A stretch of 63,434 nt of DNA, filler included, from Octopus bimaculoides (lineage: Eukaryota): the NCBI RefSeq assembly GCF_001194135.2. It is 5 parts of 5 records of this genome, joined end to end, with 100 filler letters (N's around TTAATTAATTAA, not from the genome) between each part and the next. Parts side by side here need not be neighbours in the genome. Positions count along the whole stretch, not along the records: positions 1 to 23,533 come from NC_068987.1; 4 more parts are not named here. One strand, 5' to 3'. The notes under the pieces are model-generated. The model saw only the letters and a list, made by a program, of their open reading frames with translations. It was not told the DNA's origin and did not search any database. Positions 1 to 11,196 of the stretch are shown one piece after another; position 1 is the stretch's first letter, and every line of letters begins with the position of its first letter. A program made the position numbers and the translations under genes.

Positions 1-53
<53 letters not shown>

Positions 54-569
54 AACAGATATAGACTAAAAGAGAGGAACTATTACAGAGGGTGAGAGAG
101 AATATGAGTGACCGACAGTAACACAGAATGAGAAAAAGACAGAGAGAAGAGCGAAAGATACTGTATGCATGTTCTATAGGTGAAGATGAAAGAAAGCCGA
201 CACAAAGAGAGGAGGAAAGCGGGAGAGAAAGAGACGTTGATATTTGATATTATATGTACATGTATATTTGTGTGTGTGTGCGTGTGTGCGCGCGTGCGTG
301 CGGCATTCCACAATCTCCATTTATTTCAATCACTCTTATGAAGATATTCACGTAACTTTCACGCATATTTTCATTTAATCCCCATTTTGATTTTCAAAAA
401 AGTTTCCTCTATAAGAGGAGACGGGGTAGATGTTGATGATCAGTATTCTACAGCGAAACAAAGACAAGTACAGGTAGCTGGAGTAAGGTTATTAGAGACA
501 CCTGCACAACGACAGCAAATACATGAAAACGACAGCAGAGCTGCTGCACGCAAAACAATGAGTCACAAG

Positions 570-2077
570 AACAGTAAAACAGATAAATTCCTGAACCAAA
601 CAGTTCAGAAGTGTGGTATGGACGTCGGTATGGAATTTAGGATTACCAAAATGCTAAGTACTTAATATGAAAAGAAAGAAGAAAGCAGCCTGCAGGGGAT
701 TGCGGTTGCCATCAGGAGAGACCATAGGTGAACCCGACAGTAGTGGGTATAGATATTTAGGGATTTTGGAGTTGGATGACATTCTACATAGAGAAATGAA
801 AGTCAAGGTCAGCGACGCATATCATAAAGGTGAAGATGGTGTTGAAATCCAACTTGAATGCCAAAAATTTGATTACTGCAATGAATATCTGGGCAGCTGC
901 GGTAGTCAGATATAGTGCGTCCATCCTCAAATGGACTAAGGAAGAAATATCAACACTGGATAGAAGGACGAGAAAGTTGATGACGCTGTATGGGGTGCTA
1001 CACCCTAAAACAAAGTAAACAGACTGTATATAAAAAGAAAGAATGGTGGCAGAGGACTAATTAGTATAGACCATTGTATAAAGAGTGAAAGGAGAATGCT
1101 TGCTGAGTATTTGATAAATAGTGATGAAGATCTTAATATGCCGCGAATATGCCTCGAAAGATATGGGTGTAAATGCAGATGAAATGATGGGCAAGGAAGA
1201 GTTTAACCAAAGAGCTGAGGAGAAGAGAAAAGAAGACCATCTTGAAATGAGAATGCATGGACAGTTGCAAAGGAATACACAGGACGTTAAGGATAATACA
1301 GTATATTGGGCATGGCTTGAGGGAGGTGATTTGAAGCGTACCACCGAAAGCCTGATCATTGCTGCACAAGACGAGGCTCTCGCTACCAATTCAGTGAATT
1401 ACAACATCTATAAAACTTCTGACACCCAGAAATGCAGACTGTAGGAAGAGTGTGGAAAATGTGACCCACTTGGTAAGTGGCTGTGAGAGCCTTGTTCAAA
1501 AAGAATACAAGCGCCGTTACGGTAAAATGTGTGTGTATCTTCATTGGCTCTTATGCCGTAAATACCATTATGAAGTAACGGAGAACTGGTATGAGCATGT
1601 ACCAAGTAAAGTTATGTAGGAGGATGGAAAAGTAACGACATTCTGGGTCTAAGATTTTCAGACGGATCGTGTAATCGAACACCGTCGGCCGGATATTGTC
1701 ATATTGAGTAAGAGAGACAAATACGGTCAGATCATTGATGTAGCCATACCAAATTATATGAATGTTGTGAGCAAAGAGGTTGTAAAAATCACCAAGTACT
1801 CCGAATTGAAAGTGGAAGTGGCAAGACTGTATGGAAAGCGAGAGGGTAATGTAAAAGTAATACCAGTGGTGATCGGAGCGTTGGGCTCAATCCCATTGAA
1901 ACTTCAAGACTTCTTAAGGCAACTGGAAGTCCCATGCAAGACTGATGTCTTGCAAAAAGCAGCCTTATTGGGCACAGCACACATCTTAAGGAAATAATTA
2001 TGTCTGAGGTCCTTGTTGTGACTTGACAGATAACTAAAGACTCCGCTGCATTTTTAGCAACACAGTGTTACGAAGGA
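570..2077 (+). mobile_element. 5'-truncated, decayed R4/Dong-clade non-LTR retrotransposon (RT C-terminus, CCHC knuckle, restriction-like endonuclease)
   Basis: Frameshifted pieces: TVQKCGMDVGMEF and GYRYLGILE (late RT), NLITAMNIWAAAVVRYSASILKWT, LDRRTRKLMT, RLYIKRKNGGRGL, DLKRTTESLIIAAQDEAL, CRL*...VENVTHLVSGC (CCHC), FQTDRVIEHRRPDIVI...IIDVAIP...KITKYSEL (PD-(D/E)xK RLE), VIPVVIGALG...LQKAALLGTAHILR; short 3' UTR then (AAT)n. Confidence 0.9.
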
Positions 2078-2100
2078 ATAATAATAATAATAATAATAAC

Positions 2101-2157
<57 letters not shown>

Positions 2158-2179
2158 GATAATAATAGTAATGATAATA

Positions 2180-2232
<53 letters not shown>
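2078..2232 (+). repeat. (AAT)n microsatellite, tail/target of the R4/Dong-like element
   Basis: About 50 AAT units with a few variants directly after the LINE 3' UTR. Confidence 0.95.
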
Positions 2233-2233
<1 letters not shown>

Positions 2234-2785
2234 GAGTCAAAATTAAAAGAAGAGTGCCATTTGCTATCTCGTGAACAATATTTCGACATCTTGCGTGTCT
2301 TCCACTGGTTCAAAAAATAAATTTGTCAATCTACTTCATTTTGGTTAATATAGAAAGGATTGAGGTAACTCCTCCTGANNNNNNNNNNNNNNNNNNNNNN
2401 NNNNNNNNNNNNNNNNNNNNNNNNNNNNNNNNNNNNNNNNNNNNNNNNNNNNNNNNNNNNNNNNNNNNNNNNNNNNNNNNNNNNNNNNNNNNNNNNNNNN
2501 NNNNNNNNNNNNNNNNNNNNNNNNNNNNNNNNNNNNNNNNNNNNNNNNNNNNNNNNNNNNNNNNNNNNNNNNNNNNNNNNNNNNNNNNNNGACACGCAAG
2601 ATGTCGAAATATTGTTCACGAGATAGCAAATGGCACTCTTCTTTTAATTTTGACTCTATATCTTCAGGAGGAGTTACCTCAATCCTTTCTATATTAACCA
2701 AAATGAAGTAGATTGACAAATTTATTTTTTGAACCAGTGGAAGACACGCAAGATGTCGAAATATTGTTCACGAGATAGCAAATGG
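2232..2785. repeat. 152-bp unit present as an inverted pair around an N gap; right copy is 1.3 tandem units
   Basis: 2232-2378 is the reverse complement of sequence in 2591-2785; GACACGCAAG recurs at 2591 and 2743 (period 152). Confidence 0.9.
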
Positions 2786-3363
2786 TATTAATAATAATAA
2801 TAATAATAATAATGTCATTCGTCTTGGATTAAGTAGCTACGTTCATGTCACAAACGTAAACCAGAGTCATTAAATCGGTCGAAGACAGCTTTGGATTTCA
2901 AAGCTAAAACCAAAATTGAAACAGAATTCGGAACTTAATAATGCATGCCAGAATGTTTTGGTTTAGAATTTATAAAATGTCTTAAGCATGATAATTTTTA
3001 TTTCTCTGTTTATCATATTTTTTTAACGAAATTCTTGAGATCACATCAAATAAGAAAAGGTTCATTTCATTTCCGATTGGCAGAATACAGGCAAAAGTCG
3101 ATCCATGCTGATCGATCAACAGGCTAAGCACAATCTGTTCGTGTTCCTCGTGATTAAAGAACTGCTTATTCTAGCAGAGGACTTGTACGGTTCAATGAAT
3201 ATCTACGCGATGATTATGATTGGAAAGGAAAGCAGCGTGCCTACGTGAACTTCCGCTGATAATAGAATCTACTGCTTGGTAGCAATCAGATTTTTGTTGG
3301 ATTCCTCTACAACGCTTTCTCCCTATCTTCTCCTCCATATTCATCTTTGTAACTAACCCCTAG

Positions 3364-3423
3364 TTCTATCTTTCTATCTTTCTATCTTTCTATCTTTCTA
3401 TCTTTCTATCTTTCTATCTTTCT
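3364..3423 (+). repeat. (TTTCTATC)n octamer tandem repeat
   Basis: About 7 consecutive TTTCTATC units. Confidence 0.9.
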
Positions 3424-3949
3424 TCCTCTCAGTACTTTCTTACTATCTTATTTTTTTCTTCCTCATTCTGTCACTGTCATTTACTCTCTCTCTCTCTGCT
3501 GTTTTTTAAAATTCCCTTTTCATCTCTTTCTTACTGTATCCACCCATACGTTTTGAACTTAATTTTAGCCACTACGGCCAAGGCCACAATGGAGCATCAC
3601 CTTTATCATTTCTCCAAATCTTCTGCTTTTCTATTTCCTCTTTCTCGTATAACTTCCGCTTTACATGTTGTTATGTCTCAAGCTACTGCTATCTAGCACC
3701 TTCGGATGATCTCTGCTCAACCGCTACACAACGGCTACTCAACTGTCAGTCTACAGTCAGTCGACTCCTACCACGGTCAGACTACCTCTATTTATATGTC
3801 TTGGTCGAGCCTACTTCTTCGCTTGGGGGCGTCGACACAACACATCTATACATAGATACATACATACACACATATATACATATATACATACGCACGTACG
3901 TACGCACATAAATATATATAGATACATGCATACATTCATACATTCATAC

Positions 3950-4240
3950 ATTCATGATGACCGCCAAACTCGATTTCGAGTAGAGTCATGGCCGGATTTC
4001 CTTATGCCCTAGAATATCATTGATGAGCTGCATGAATATGTCTTTTGAGACCTGCCAAAAAACTTGCATGCTTTTTGATAATTAGTGCAAGAAAACTTGG
4101 TGATCGTATAGTTTATAGCTCCATGAACTTTACTATGCCTTTTCAAGCCACTTTTTGATCTGCATATTTTATGACAGAGTATGCATTCGAAATCATCTGT
4201 CCATCTATAATCAATGTGCGGTTGTGCAATGTGTGATTTC
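3950..4240 (-). mobile_element. 3' end of an RTE-like LINE with two C-terminal C2H2 fingers (second frameshifted), ATGAATGT-type tail
   Basis: Minus strand CILCHKICRSKSGLKRHSKVH (C-x2-C-x12-H-x3-H); second finger CTN(Y)QKACK/FLAGLKRHIHAAH after a 1-nt frameshift; short UTR then ATGAATGT repeats. Clade assignment is inference. Confidence 0.65.
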
Positions 4241-4549
4241 ACATATACGTATGTGCATGCGTGTACCTTGTATGTATGTAAACATTTATATACACCTCCT
4301 TGCATATATGTACGTAAGTTTCTATGTATACATGTATGTATGCATGCTTGCACGCATGCACGTATCTTTGCATATATGCATACATGTCTGTATGTATGAA
4401 TGCATATATACATGCACGTATGTGTGCACGCATGTTCCCATGCATGGTTGTATGTATGAGTGTATACATGTATCCGTGCAACATGCATATATGCAATGCC
4501 TGTATGTAAATGGATGTATACATGTATGTATGTATGTATGTATGTATGT

Positions 4550-4902
4550 ATGGAAAACAAACTTCAACCAACTATTCTGAATATATGTTTGTGCACACGT
4601 TTGAATGTAGTGTATGCCAGAAGGTTTGCAAATCCAATGGGGGTCTTAAAAGACATGTTAGGATCCATAATGAGCAGAACTTACCTGCAGGTATTGGTAG
4701 TTCAAATCAGAGGTGCAATCTGTGTGAGTGTTTTTTCAAAACATTGTCTGGTTTAAAAAGCCACATCAGACGCCATGAAAGGGCTAAGGTGTAGGTACAG
4801 GAGGTGGTCAAACTCTGTGTAAGGAGTAGATAACCATCACCATGTATGTATGTATGTATGTATGTATGTATGTATGTATGTATGTATGTATGTATGTATG
4901 TA
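4550..4902 (+). mobile_element. 5'-truncated 3' end of an RTE-like LINE with two intact C2H2 fingers, flanked by (ATGT)n
   Basis: CSVCQKVCKSNGGLKRHVRIH and CNLCECFFKTLSGLKSHIRRH, stop at 4792-4794, about 47-nt UTR, then (ATGT)n 4842-4902; (ATGT)n also immediately upstream. Confidence 0.7.
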
Positions 4903-5204
4903 TGCATGTAAACCTATGTATGAAAGCATATTTATATGTACGCTTGGATTAATCATTAAACANNNNNNNNNNNNNNNNNNNNNNNNNNNNNNNNNNNNNN
5001 NNNNNNNNNNNNNNNNNNNNNNAATGACCTGAATCTGTACGAAAATAGTATTTTAATCTATTATTTTGTAGTCAGCATTTATTGACAACAGAAGGTCGTT
5101 GGGTTCTGCTTAAGGCATGTGTTGGCCTTAATCCGGTCAAGTATGTATGTATGTATGTATGTATGTATGTATGTATGTATGTATATATATATATATATAT
5201 ATAA

Positions 5205-5990
5205 TTTGAGTGGAGGCAATACAAGCGGAAAACTAGAGGAACATTACTTGTTATCCAGCAGAATATTCAATATATATGCACACTTACTTCGACATTAATA
5301 AAGCGACATAAAGCTCAACTTAATAGAAGTATTAAAATCATACAAGTATATAGACATTTATATATTTTCATAAGCCCGCAAATATCTAAAAATATTTAAA
5401 AACATTTATAAATATTTCTAAATATATATAATACATAAATATATAAATAAAATAAGTACAAAATATATACATAATAAGATATAAAAGCGTCGATATTATA
5501 TAAGACAGTGAATTATAAGTTCATATGATATACTATAGAGAAATAAAAATTTAGAGGTCACAATACAAGCACATAGAGTATTTAAAAACACTTAGATATT
5601 TAAAAATATATAAAAATATTCATAAATACATAGGCATTTTAAAATAGAAGACGTCGATATGAGATAGGATATGGTAAATAATAAGTTCATAGGATATGTT
5701 ACAAGGACTAAAGATTTCAAGTTACAACACAAAGCGTGTGGAAAGTAGAAAGTCAGACATTTTAAAGCATTAAACGGACATACTAAAATTAGAGACAATA
5801 TTCAATGGATCCAAAAGTTTTATCGACGAGCCGTTTCGGAGACGTGTCAGTTAATATGACATGAATTTCATATTTTAAATGAACCAGACACTCCCCGCGT
5901 CAGGATACTCCACGACACGAAAGACACCGTCAAGACAATACAGAAAAGAACAACTCACATAATCACATTCCAGCGAATTCGAACCATCTT
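5205..5990 (-). mobile_element. Probable Penelope-like element terminal (pLTR) fragment
   Basis: Non-coding AT-rich segment carrying a type I hammerhead-like fold typical of Penelope pLTRs; no ORF recognised, so family is inferred. Confidence 0.45.
5821..5907 (-). ncRNA. Type I hammerhead ribozyme-like motif with extended stem II
   Basis: Minus strand: TATC-CTGACGC-GGGGAGTGTC-[38 nt]-GACACGTCTCC-GAAAC-GGCTC-GTC-GATA. Stem I TATC/GATA, stem II 10 bp with one bulge, stem III ACG/CGT, GUC cleavage triplet; core differs from CUGANGA only at A9 (C). Confidence 0.65.
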
Positions 5991-6096
5991 TGACATTATA
6001 GTTATTCACTTTATATAATAGTTATGAATATTAACCCATTAGGATAAATGAGTATATCCAGTTAAAGGCCTGTGCAAAATCTCATTCAGAGACACA

Positions 6097-6145
6097 CTAG
6101 CAGAGATACCCGGCGTTGCTCGGGATTAAAATGGCATAGTTTTTT
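6097..6145 (-). mobile_element. Helitron-like 3' terminus
   Basis: Minus strand GC-rich hairpin CCCG-AGCAACGC-CGGG, 8 nt spacer, then CTAG followed by host T. Confidence 0.6.
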
Positions 6146-6159
6146 TTATTGTTTTGCTT

Positions 6160-6355
6160 GTTTCGGTCAGGTGACTGCGGCCATGCTGGAGCATCGCCTT
6201 TAGTCGAAGAAATCGACCAAAAGATTTATTCTTTGTAAGCCTAGTACTTATTCTATAAGTGTGTTTTGCCAAACGGCTAAGTTACGGGGTCTTAAACACA
6301 GCAATATCGGTTGTCAAGCGATGGTGGGGGTTACAAACACAGACACACACACACG
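6160..6355 (-). mobile_element. SINE family A, 3' half
   Basis: Matches the tail of the full copy at 45462-45855 (GCTCCAGCATGGCCGCAGTCA, GAATAAGTACTAGGCTTACAAAGAA). Confidence 0.8.
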
Positions 6356-8710
6356 TACATATATNNNNNNNNNNNNNNNNNNNNNNNNNNNNNNNNNNNN
6401 NNNNNNNNNNNNNNNNNNNNNNNNNNNNNNNNNNNNNNNNNNNNNNNNNNNNNNNNNNNNNNNNNNNNNNNNNNNNNNNNNNNNNNNNNNNNNNNNNNNN
6501 NNNNNNNNNNNNNNNNNNNNNNNNNNNNNNNNNNNNNNNNNNNNNNNNNNNNNNNNNNNNNNNNNNNNNNNNNNNNNNNNNNNNNNNNNNNNNNNNNNNN
6601 NNNNNNNNNNNNNNNNNNNNNNNNNNNNNNNNNNNNNNNNNNNNNNNNNNNNNNNNNNNNNNNNNNNNNNNNNNNNNNNNNNNNNNNNNNNNNNNNNNNN
6701 NNNNNNNNNNNNNNNNNNNNNNNNNNNNNNNNNNNNNNNNNNNNNNNNNNNNNNNNNNNNNNNNNNNNNNNNNNNNNNNNNNNNNNNNNNNNNNNNNNNN
6801 NNNNNNNNNNNNNNNNNNNNNNNNNNNNNNNNNNNNNNNNNNNNNNNNNNNNNNNTATATATATATATATATATATATACATATATATATACATATATAT
6901 ATATATACAAATATATATACATATATATATATACAAATATATATACATATATATACATGTATATACATATGCATATATATATACATTTATACAAGTATAT
7001 ATATATACACATATGTATATATATAAACGTATATTTATATACATATAAATATACATGTATATAAATATATACGTATATATATGTATACATAATACTTCCA
7101 GCAGACAAGGGAAATGCTACAGTAGTGATGAAGAAGTCTGACTACTCTGAAAAATTGGCAAGAAAAGAAAGACCCAACTCTGAAGACAGAGAAGAAGTTG
7201 TCACAGATCTTGATCAAGTACATGGATCACTTTATACCAATGAAGTACAGACAACTGACACAACACTACTGTAAACTACCACACATGTACGCTCTCCCTA
7301 AGATTCACAAGGATGGTATTCCATTAAGACTTATAGTGAGCATGTCATCCACTGAACCGCTTGCTTGTGGATATAATCGGTCCATTAGCAGGAAAGTCAA
7401 CACGTGAAGAATTCCACCCATTTCACAGATGGTGAGTCTAGATGTGATAATTATGATCACCAAAGTCTCAACTGTTGAAGCACTATCGGTGATTCAAGGA
7501 AAACTAGTGACACTCATCTAAAAGAACGTACTAGCATACAAATAAGAAACTTGATGGAAATGTTGACCTTCTGTGGAGAAACTACCTACTTTAGTAGGGA
7601 CGCTGATATATATCGACAAGAGGAGGGTTTAGCTATGGGTTCGCCACTATCACCGATAATAGCCAATATATACATGGAATACTTTGAGAATTTGGCTTTA
7701 GGATCAACACCACTAAAACTATGGCTGCGATATGTTGATGACACCTTTATACTCTAGCCTCACCAGAAAGATGTCCAAGTGCTGTTAGATCATGTGAACT
7801 TAATAAATCCATCCATACAGTTCACAATGGAAAAGGAAAAAGACAATCGGCTAGCATTCCTGGACGTATTAATAACACGCACCAAGTATGAATTCAGAAC
7901 ATCCGTATACCGCAAGCCAACCTTCACTGGACGATACCTCAACTTCAATTCCCACCATCCATACAATGTAAAGATAGGGATTGCTCAGTTCCTAAAACAT
8001 GGAGGAAAGAATATAAGTAGCGATCGTGATATTCACTACGAAGAAATGACCAAGCTAAGTAACAATCTATTAAGTAACAAGTACTCCAGAAACATACTAT
8101 CCACTCCAATTATGAAGAAAAGAGAGGATGATACCAATAAACTGTCAACAGTCTATCTACCCTATGTGAAAGGCCTCTCCGAAAAGATACAAAAGATATG
8201 CGTCCCATATGACATTAGGACAGTATTCAAGAGTAATACAACTCTTCGCAAATATCTCCTTCGAGTAAAACCACCAATAGAAGAGAATATGACTAAGAGC
8301 TGCGTGTACTCCATCCCATGCAGCTGTGGNNNNNNNNNNGACTAAGAGCTGCGTGTACTCCATCCCATGCAGCTGTGGTATGTTATACAAAGGCGAAACA
8401 TGTCGCCCCCTCAAAATAAGAGTAGACGAACATCGCACAATGTGACACGAGGAAATATTGATAAATCGGGTATAACTGATCATGTATAGAAAAATAGAGA
8501 CCACCTCCCCCTGTGGAATGAAGTTAAAATAATAGATAGAGAACACCACTGGAAAATACGAAAACTAAAAGAAGCAGTACATATGTTTGAACACAACAAC
8601 CTCCTAAGCAGACCGAGTGCAGATATGAGTAGCGTATGGGAACAGGTATTAAGGAAGGATAGGAAAATATTAGATTTATAAGCCCTAAAATTCACTCCAT
8701 AATTGCCCAC

Positions 8711-8784
8711 GGGCATATGGCGTAGTGGTTAAGAGCGCGGGCTACTAACCCAAAGATTCAGAGTTGATTTCAGGCAGTGACCTG
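8711..8784 (+). ncRNA. tRNA-like (Pol III A/B box) segment in the Penelope 3' region; not a functional tRNA
   Basis: A box TGGCGTAGTGG (8718-8728), anticodon-like arm GGG-CTACTAA-CCC, degenerate B box GAGTTGATTTC (8761-8771), followed by (AAT)n. Confidence 0.6.
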
Positions 8785-8890
8785 AATAATAATAATAATA
8801 ATAATAATGATGATAATAATAATAATAACAACAACAACATCGAAAAATACCTTAGGAATGAGAGAGAACCCAGGTTCGAAATTTCCCCAA

Positions 8891-8925
8891 GACACTGGAG
8901 AGCATATAAGCCGAAACGTTGTGTT
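8891..8925 (+). ncRNA. Degenerate minimal hammerhead remnant
   Basis: ACAC...GCC-GAAAC-GTT-GTGT gives stem I (ACAC/GTGT) and a palindromic AACGTT stem III, but CTGANGA is missing or damaged (CTGGAGA). Confidence 0.35.
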
Positions 8926-8955
8926 AACAACAAACAAGATGAGAATAATGTAAAT

Positions 8956-9025
<70 letters not shown>

Positions 9026-9266
9026 CAGGGGTTGGACAAAATAATGGAAATACCTAGCATCATAGCAACATGATTTTGAAATTTTGAAATATCTTTAAGA
9101 CAGTCAGAAGCTTCTTTATTTTTAGGAATTTTGATCTATTATTAGTGTTGCTTAATATGTTTTGCAAAAATGCTGTTTCTTTTCAGATATCAGAAAAACA
9201 GTTGTTGAAATTCATTAAAATGACAGATCTATCGGACTTTCAAAGAGATCAAATTATTGGTGCTCA
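9026..9266 (+). mobile_element. Tc1-like DNA transposon, left end and transposase start
   Basis: TA then CAGGGGTTGGACAAAATAATGGAAA (Tc1-type TIR) in a (TA)n run; ATG at 9220 reads MTDLSDFQRDQIIGA, a typical Tc1 transposase N-terminus. Confidence 0.75.
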
Positions 9267-9989
9267 GATTTTTGTGTGTTTTTAAATGGTATATTAACAC
9301 CTTCCACGCTGCAATTGTATATATATATACGTATATACATATGCATCTATACATATACATCTATACATATACATCTAAATATACATCTATATACATAATA
9401 TATATACATACAAATATATATGCATATATATATATATATATATATATANNNNNNNNNNNNNNNNNNNNNNNNNNNNNNNNNNNNNNNNNNNNNNNNNNNN
9501 NNNNNNNNNNNNNNNNNNNNNNNNNNNNNNNNNNNNNNNNNNNNNNNNNNNNNNNNNNNNNNNNNNNNNNNNNNNNNNNNNNNNNNNNNNNNNNNNNNNN
9601 NNNNNNNNNNNNNNNNNNNNNNNNNNNNNNNNNNNNNNNNNNNNNNNNNNNNNNNNNNNNNNNNNNNNNNNNNNNNNNNNNNNNNNNNNNNNNNNNNNNN
9701 NNNNNNNNNNNNNNNNNNNNNNNNNNNNNNNNNNNNNNNNNNNNNNNNNNNNNNNNNNNNNNNNNNNNNNNNNNNNNNNNNNNNNNNNNNNNNNNNNNCG
9801 CTATATATGTGCAGATGTATATGCACACACAGAGACACACACAGACACACACACACACATATATATATACACACATATATAGATATATGGATATGAGATA
9901 ATAGCTTCACTTTTAATAGTATCAGTATTAATAGTTTCAATATGTATATATTATATACATAGTGAACTATTCAAGCTGAAAGTATTATC

Positions 9990-10219
9990 TCACATTACAA
10001 TAGAGATGTTAGTGTTTCACTTTTGAGACGTAATATTGAAATAGTGTAAGAGATAAGAGATTGCTTCTGACTCGCATTAGGCAAGAAATTGACCCTAAGT
10101 AATGCATGTGTAAAATTTGAATGAAATCGGTTGGGTAGTTCTTGAGTTTTGGTGATGCACACATACAGACACTCAGACAGACACACACACACACACCTTT
10201 TCAGTTTTATATATATAGA
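9990..10219 (-). mobile_element. Non-autonomous Helitron-like 5' part
   Basis: Minus strand starts A|TCTATATATATAAAACTGAAAA, then an internal TG/TCTG microsatellite and an AACT...CCAACCGATTTCATTCAAATTT motif common in such elements. Confidence 0.55.
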
Positions 10220-11196
10220 TTATGTATGTATGCATGCATGTAAGTATATATATGTATGCATGTACATATGTATGTATGTTTGTATGAACGTACGTATGTA
10301 TATATATGCATATATATATACATACATGCATATTTACGTATGTATGTATGCATGTGGTTATGCTTGCATGCTAGTATATATATGTATATATATATATATA
10401 TATATATACATATATATGCGTGTTTGTATGCATAAATGTATGTAAGTATGTATTTTATTATTAAGCCTTATTTCTCATTCTCTTGCTAAGAAAGGGCCGG
10501 TTTTTAACCTAGCGATCTAGGTTAAAATTTTAAACACCATCAACAAGGTATTTATGATTGTTTGTGTGTATGTGTGCAATATTTTGAGTCAGTACATGTG
10601 CAGATTTGCTTGTGTTTAATGCATATATTCTCATTCATATATTTGCATGTCTAGGTATGCACATGTATATTAAAATGCTAAGCTTTCTGGAAGTGTTATA
10701 TGTATTGACAGTTCCATTAATGGCTTGTACTTGTGATCTTCTAATCAGCTTTCTTCTTTCTAGTTTTAAGAAGCCTAATTTCTCAAGATTGTTGCTGAGG
10801 TAGTTTGTTACGCATCTTAGAGCACCAATAATTACAGGTATAAATCTGAATTTGTAATCCGAGTAGAGTAGCTATAAATTTCTCAATAATTCCGCGTAGG
10901 TGTTTTCGTTTTTTGCTGATCTTTAGCTTTATGTTAATGTCCGCTGCATTCAATTGGTTCAGTTGCAGTACGTAGTCATCCAGTAAACATTCCTATACAG
11001 CATTGTTCAAGGTTTTACCTATGCGGGTGGATAAAGCGAAGAAAGTTGCATAGGAATGTTTACCGTGGATAAATATGTACTGTAACTGAACCAACTAAAC
11101 GTACATAGGGGCTACATCAAAGAATATTAGGAACTCTATGTTGTAGAAACACGTGTCGCCTTGGAATCTAATGTGAATTTAATGAAAATAACGGTA

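Larger units (their letters stand above)
7092..8955 (+). mobile_element. Decayed, 5'-truncated Penelope-like element (RT + GIY-YIG) with 3' terminal region
   Basis: [134 protein letters not shown]...YKGETCRPLKIRVDEH (GIY-YIG), REHHWKIRKLKEA; stop at 8679-8681. Confidence 0.93.

Noticed and set aside
3600-3840. Possible solo LTR (minus strand TGT start, TATAAATA)
   Set aside because: No clear CA end, TSD or second copy.
4510-4794. Stand-alone C2H2 zinc-finger host gene
   Set aside because: No TGEKP-type linker, the start lies in a microsatellite, and a short UTR plus ATGT tail fits a LINE 3' end better.
8290-8378. 39-bp direct repeat inside the Penelope ORF
   Set aside because: Identical copies flank a 10-N gap, indicating overlapping contig ends.
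8711-8784. Genuine tRNA-Ser gene
   Set aside because: No convincing acceptor stem, a damaged T arm and a position inside a retroelement end.
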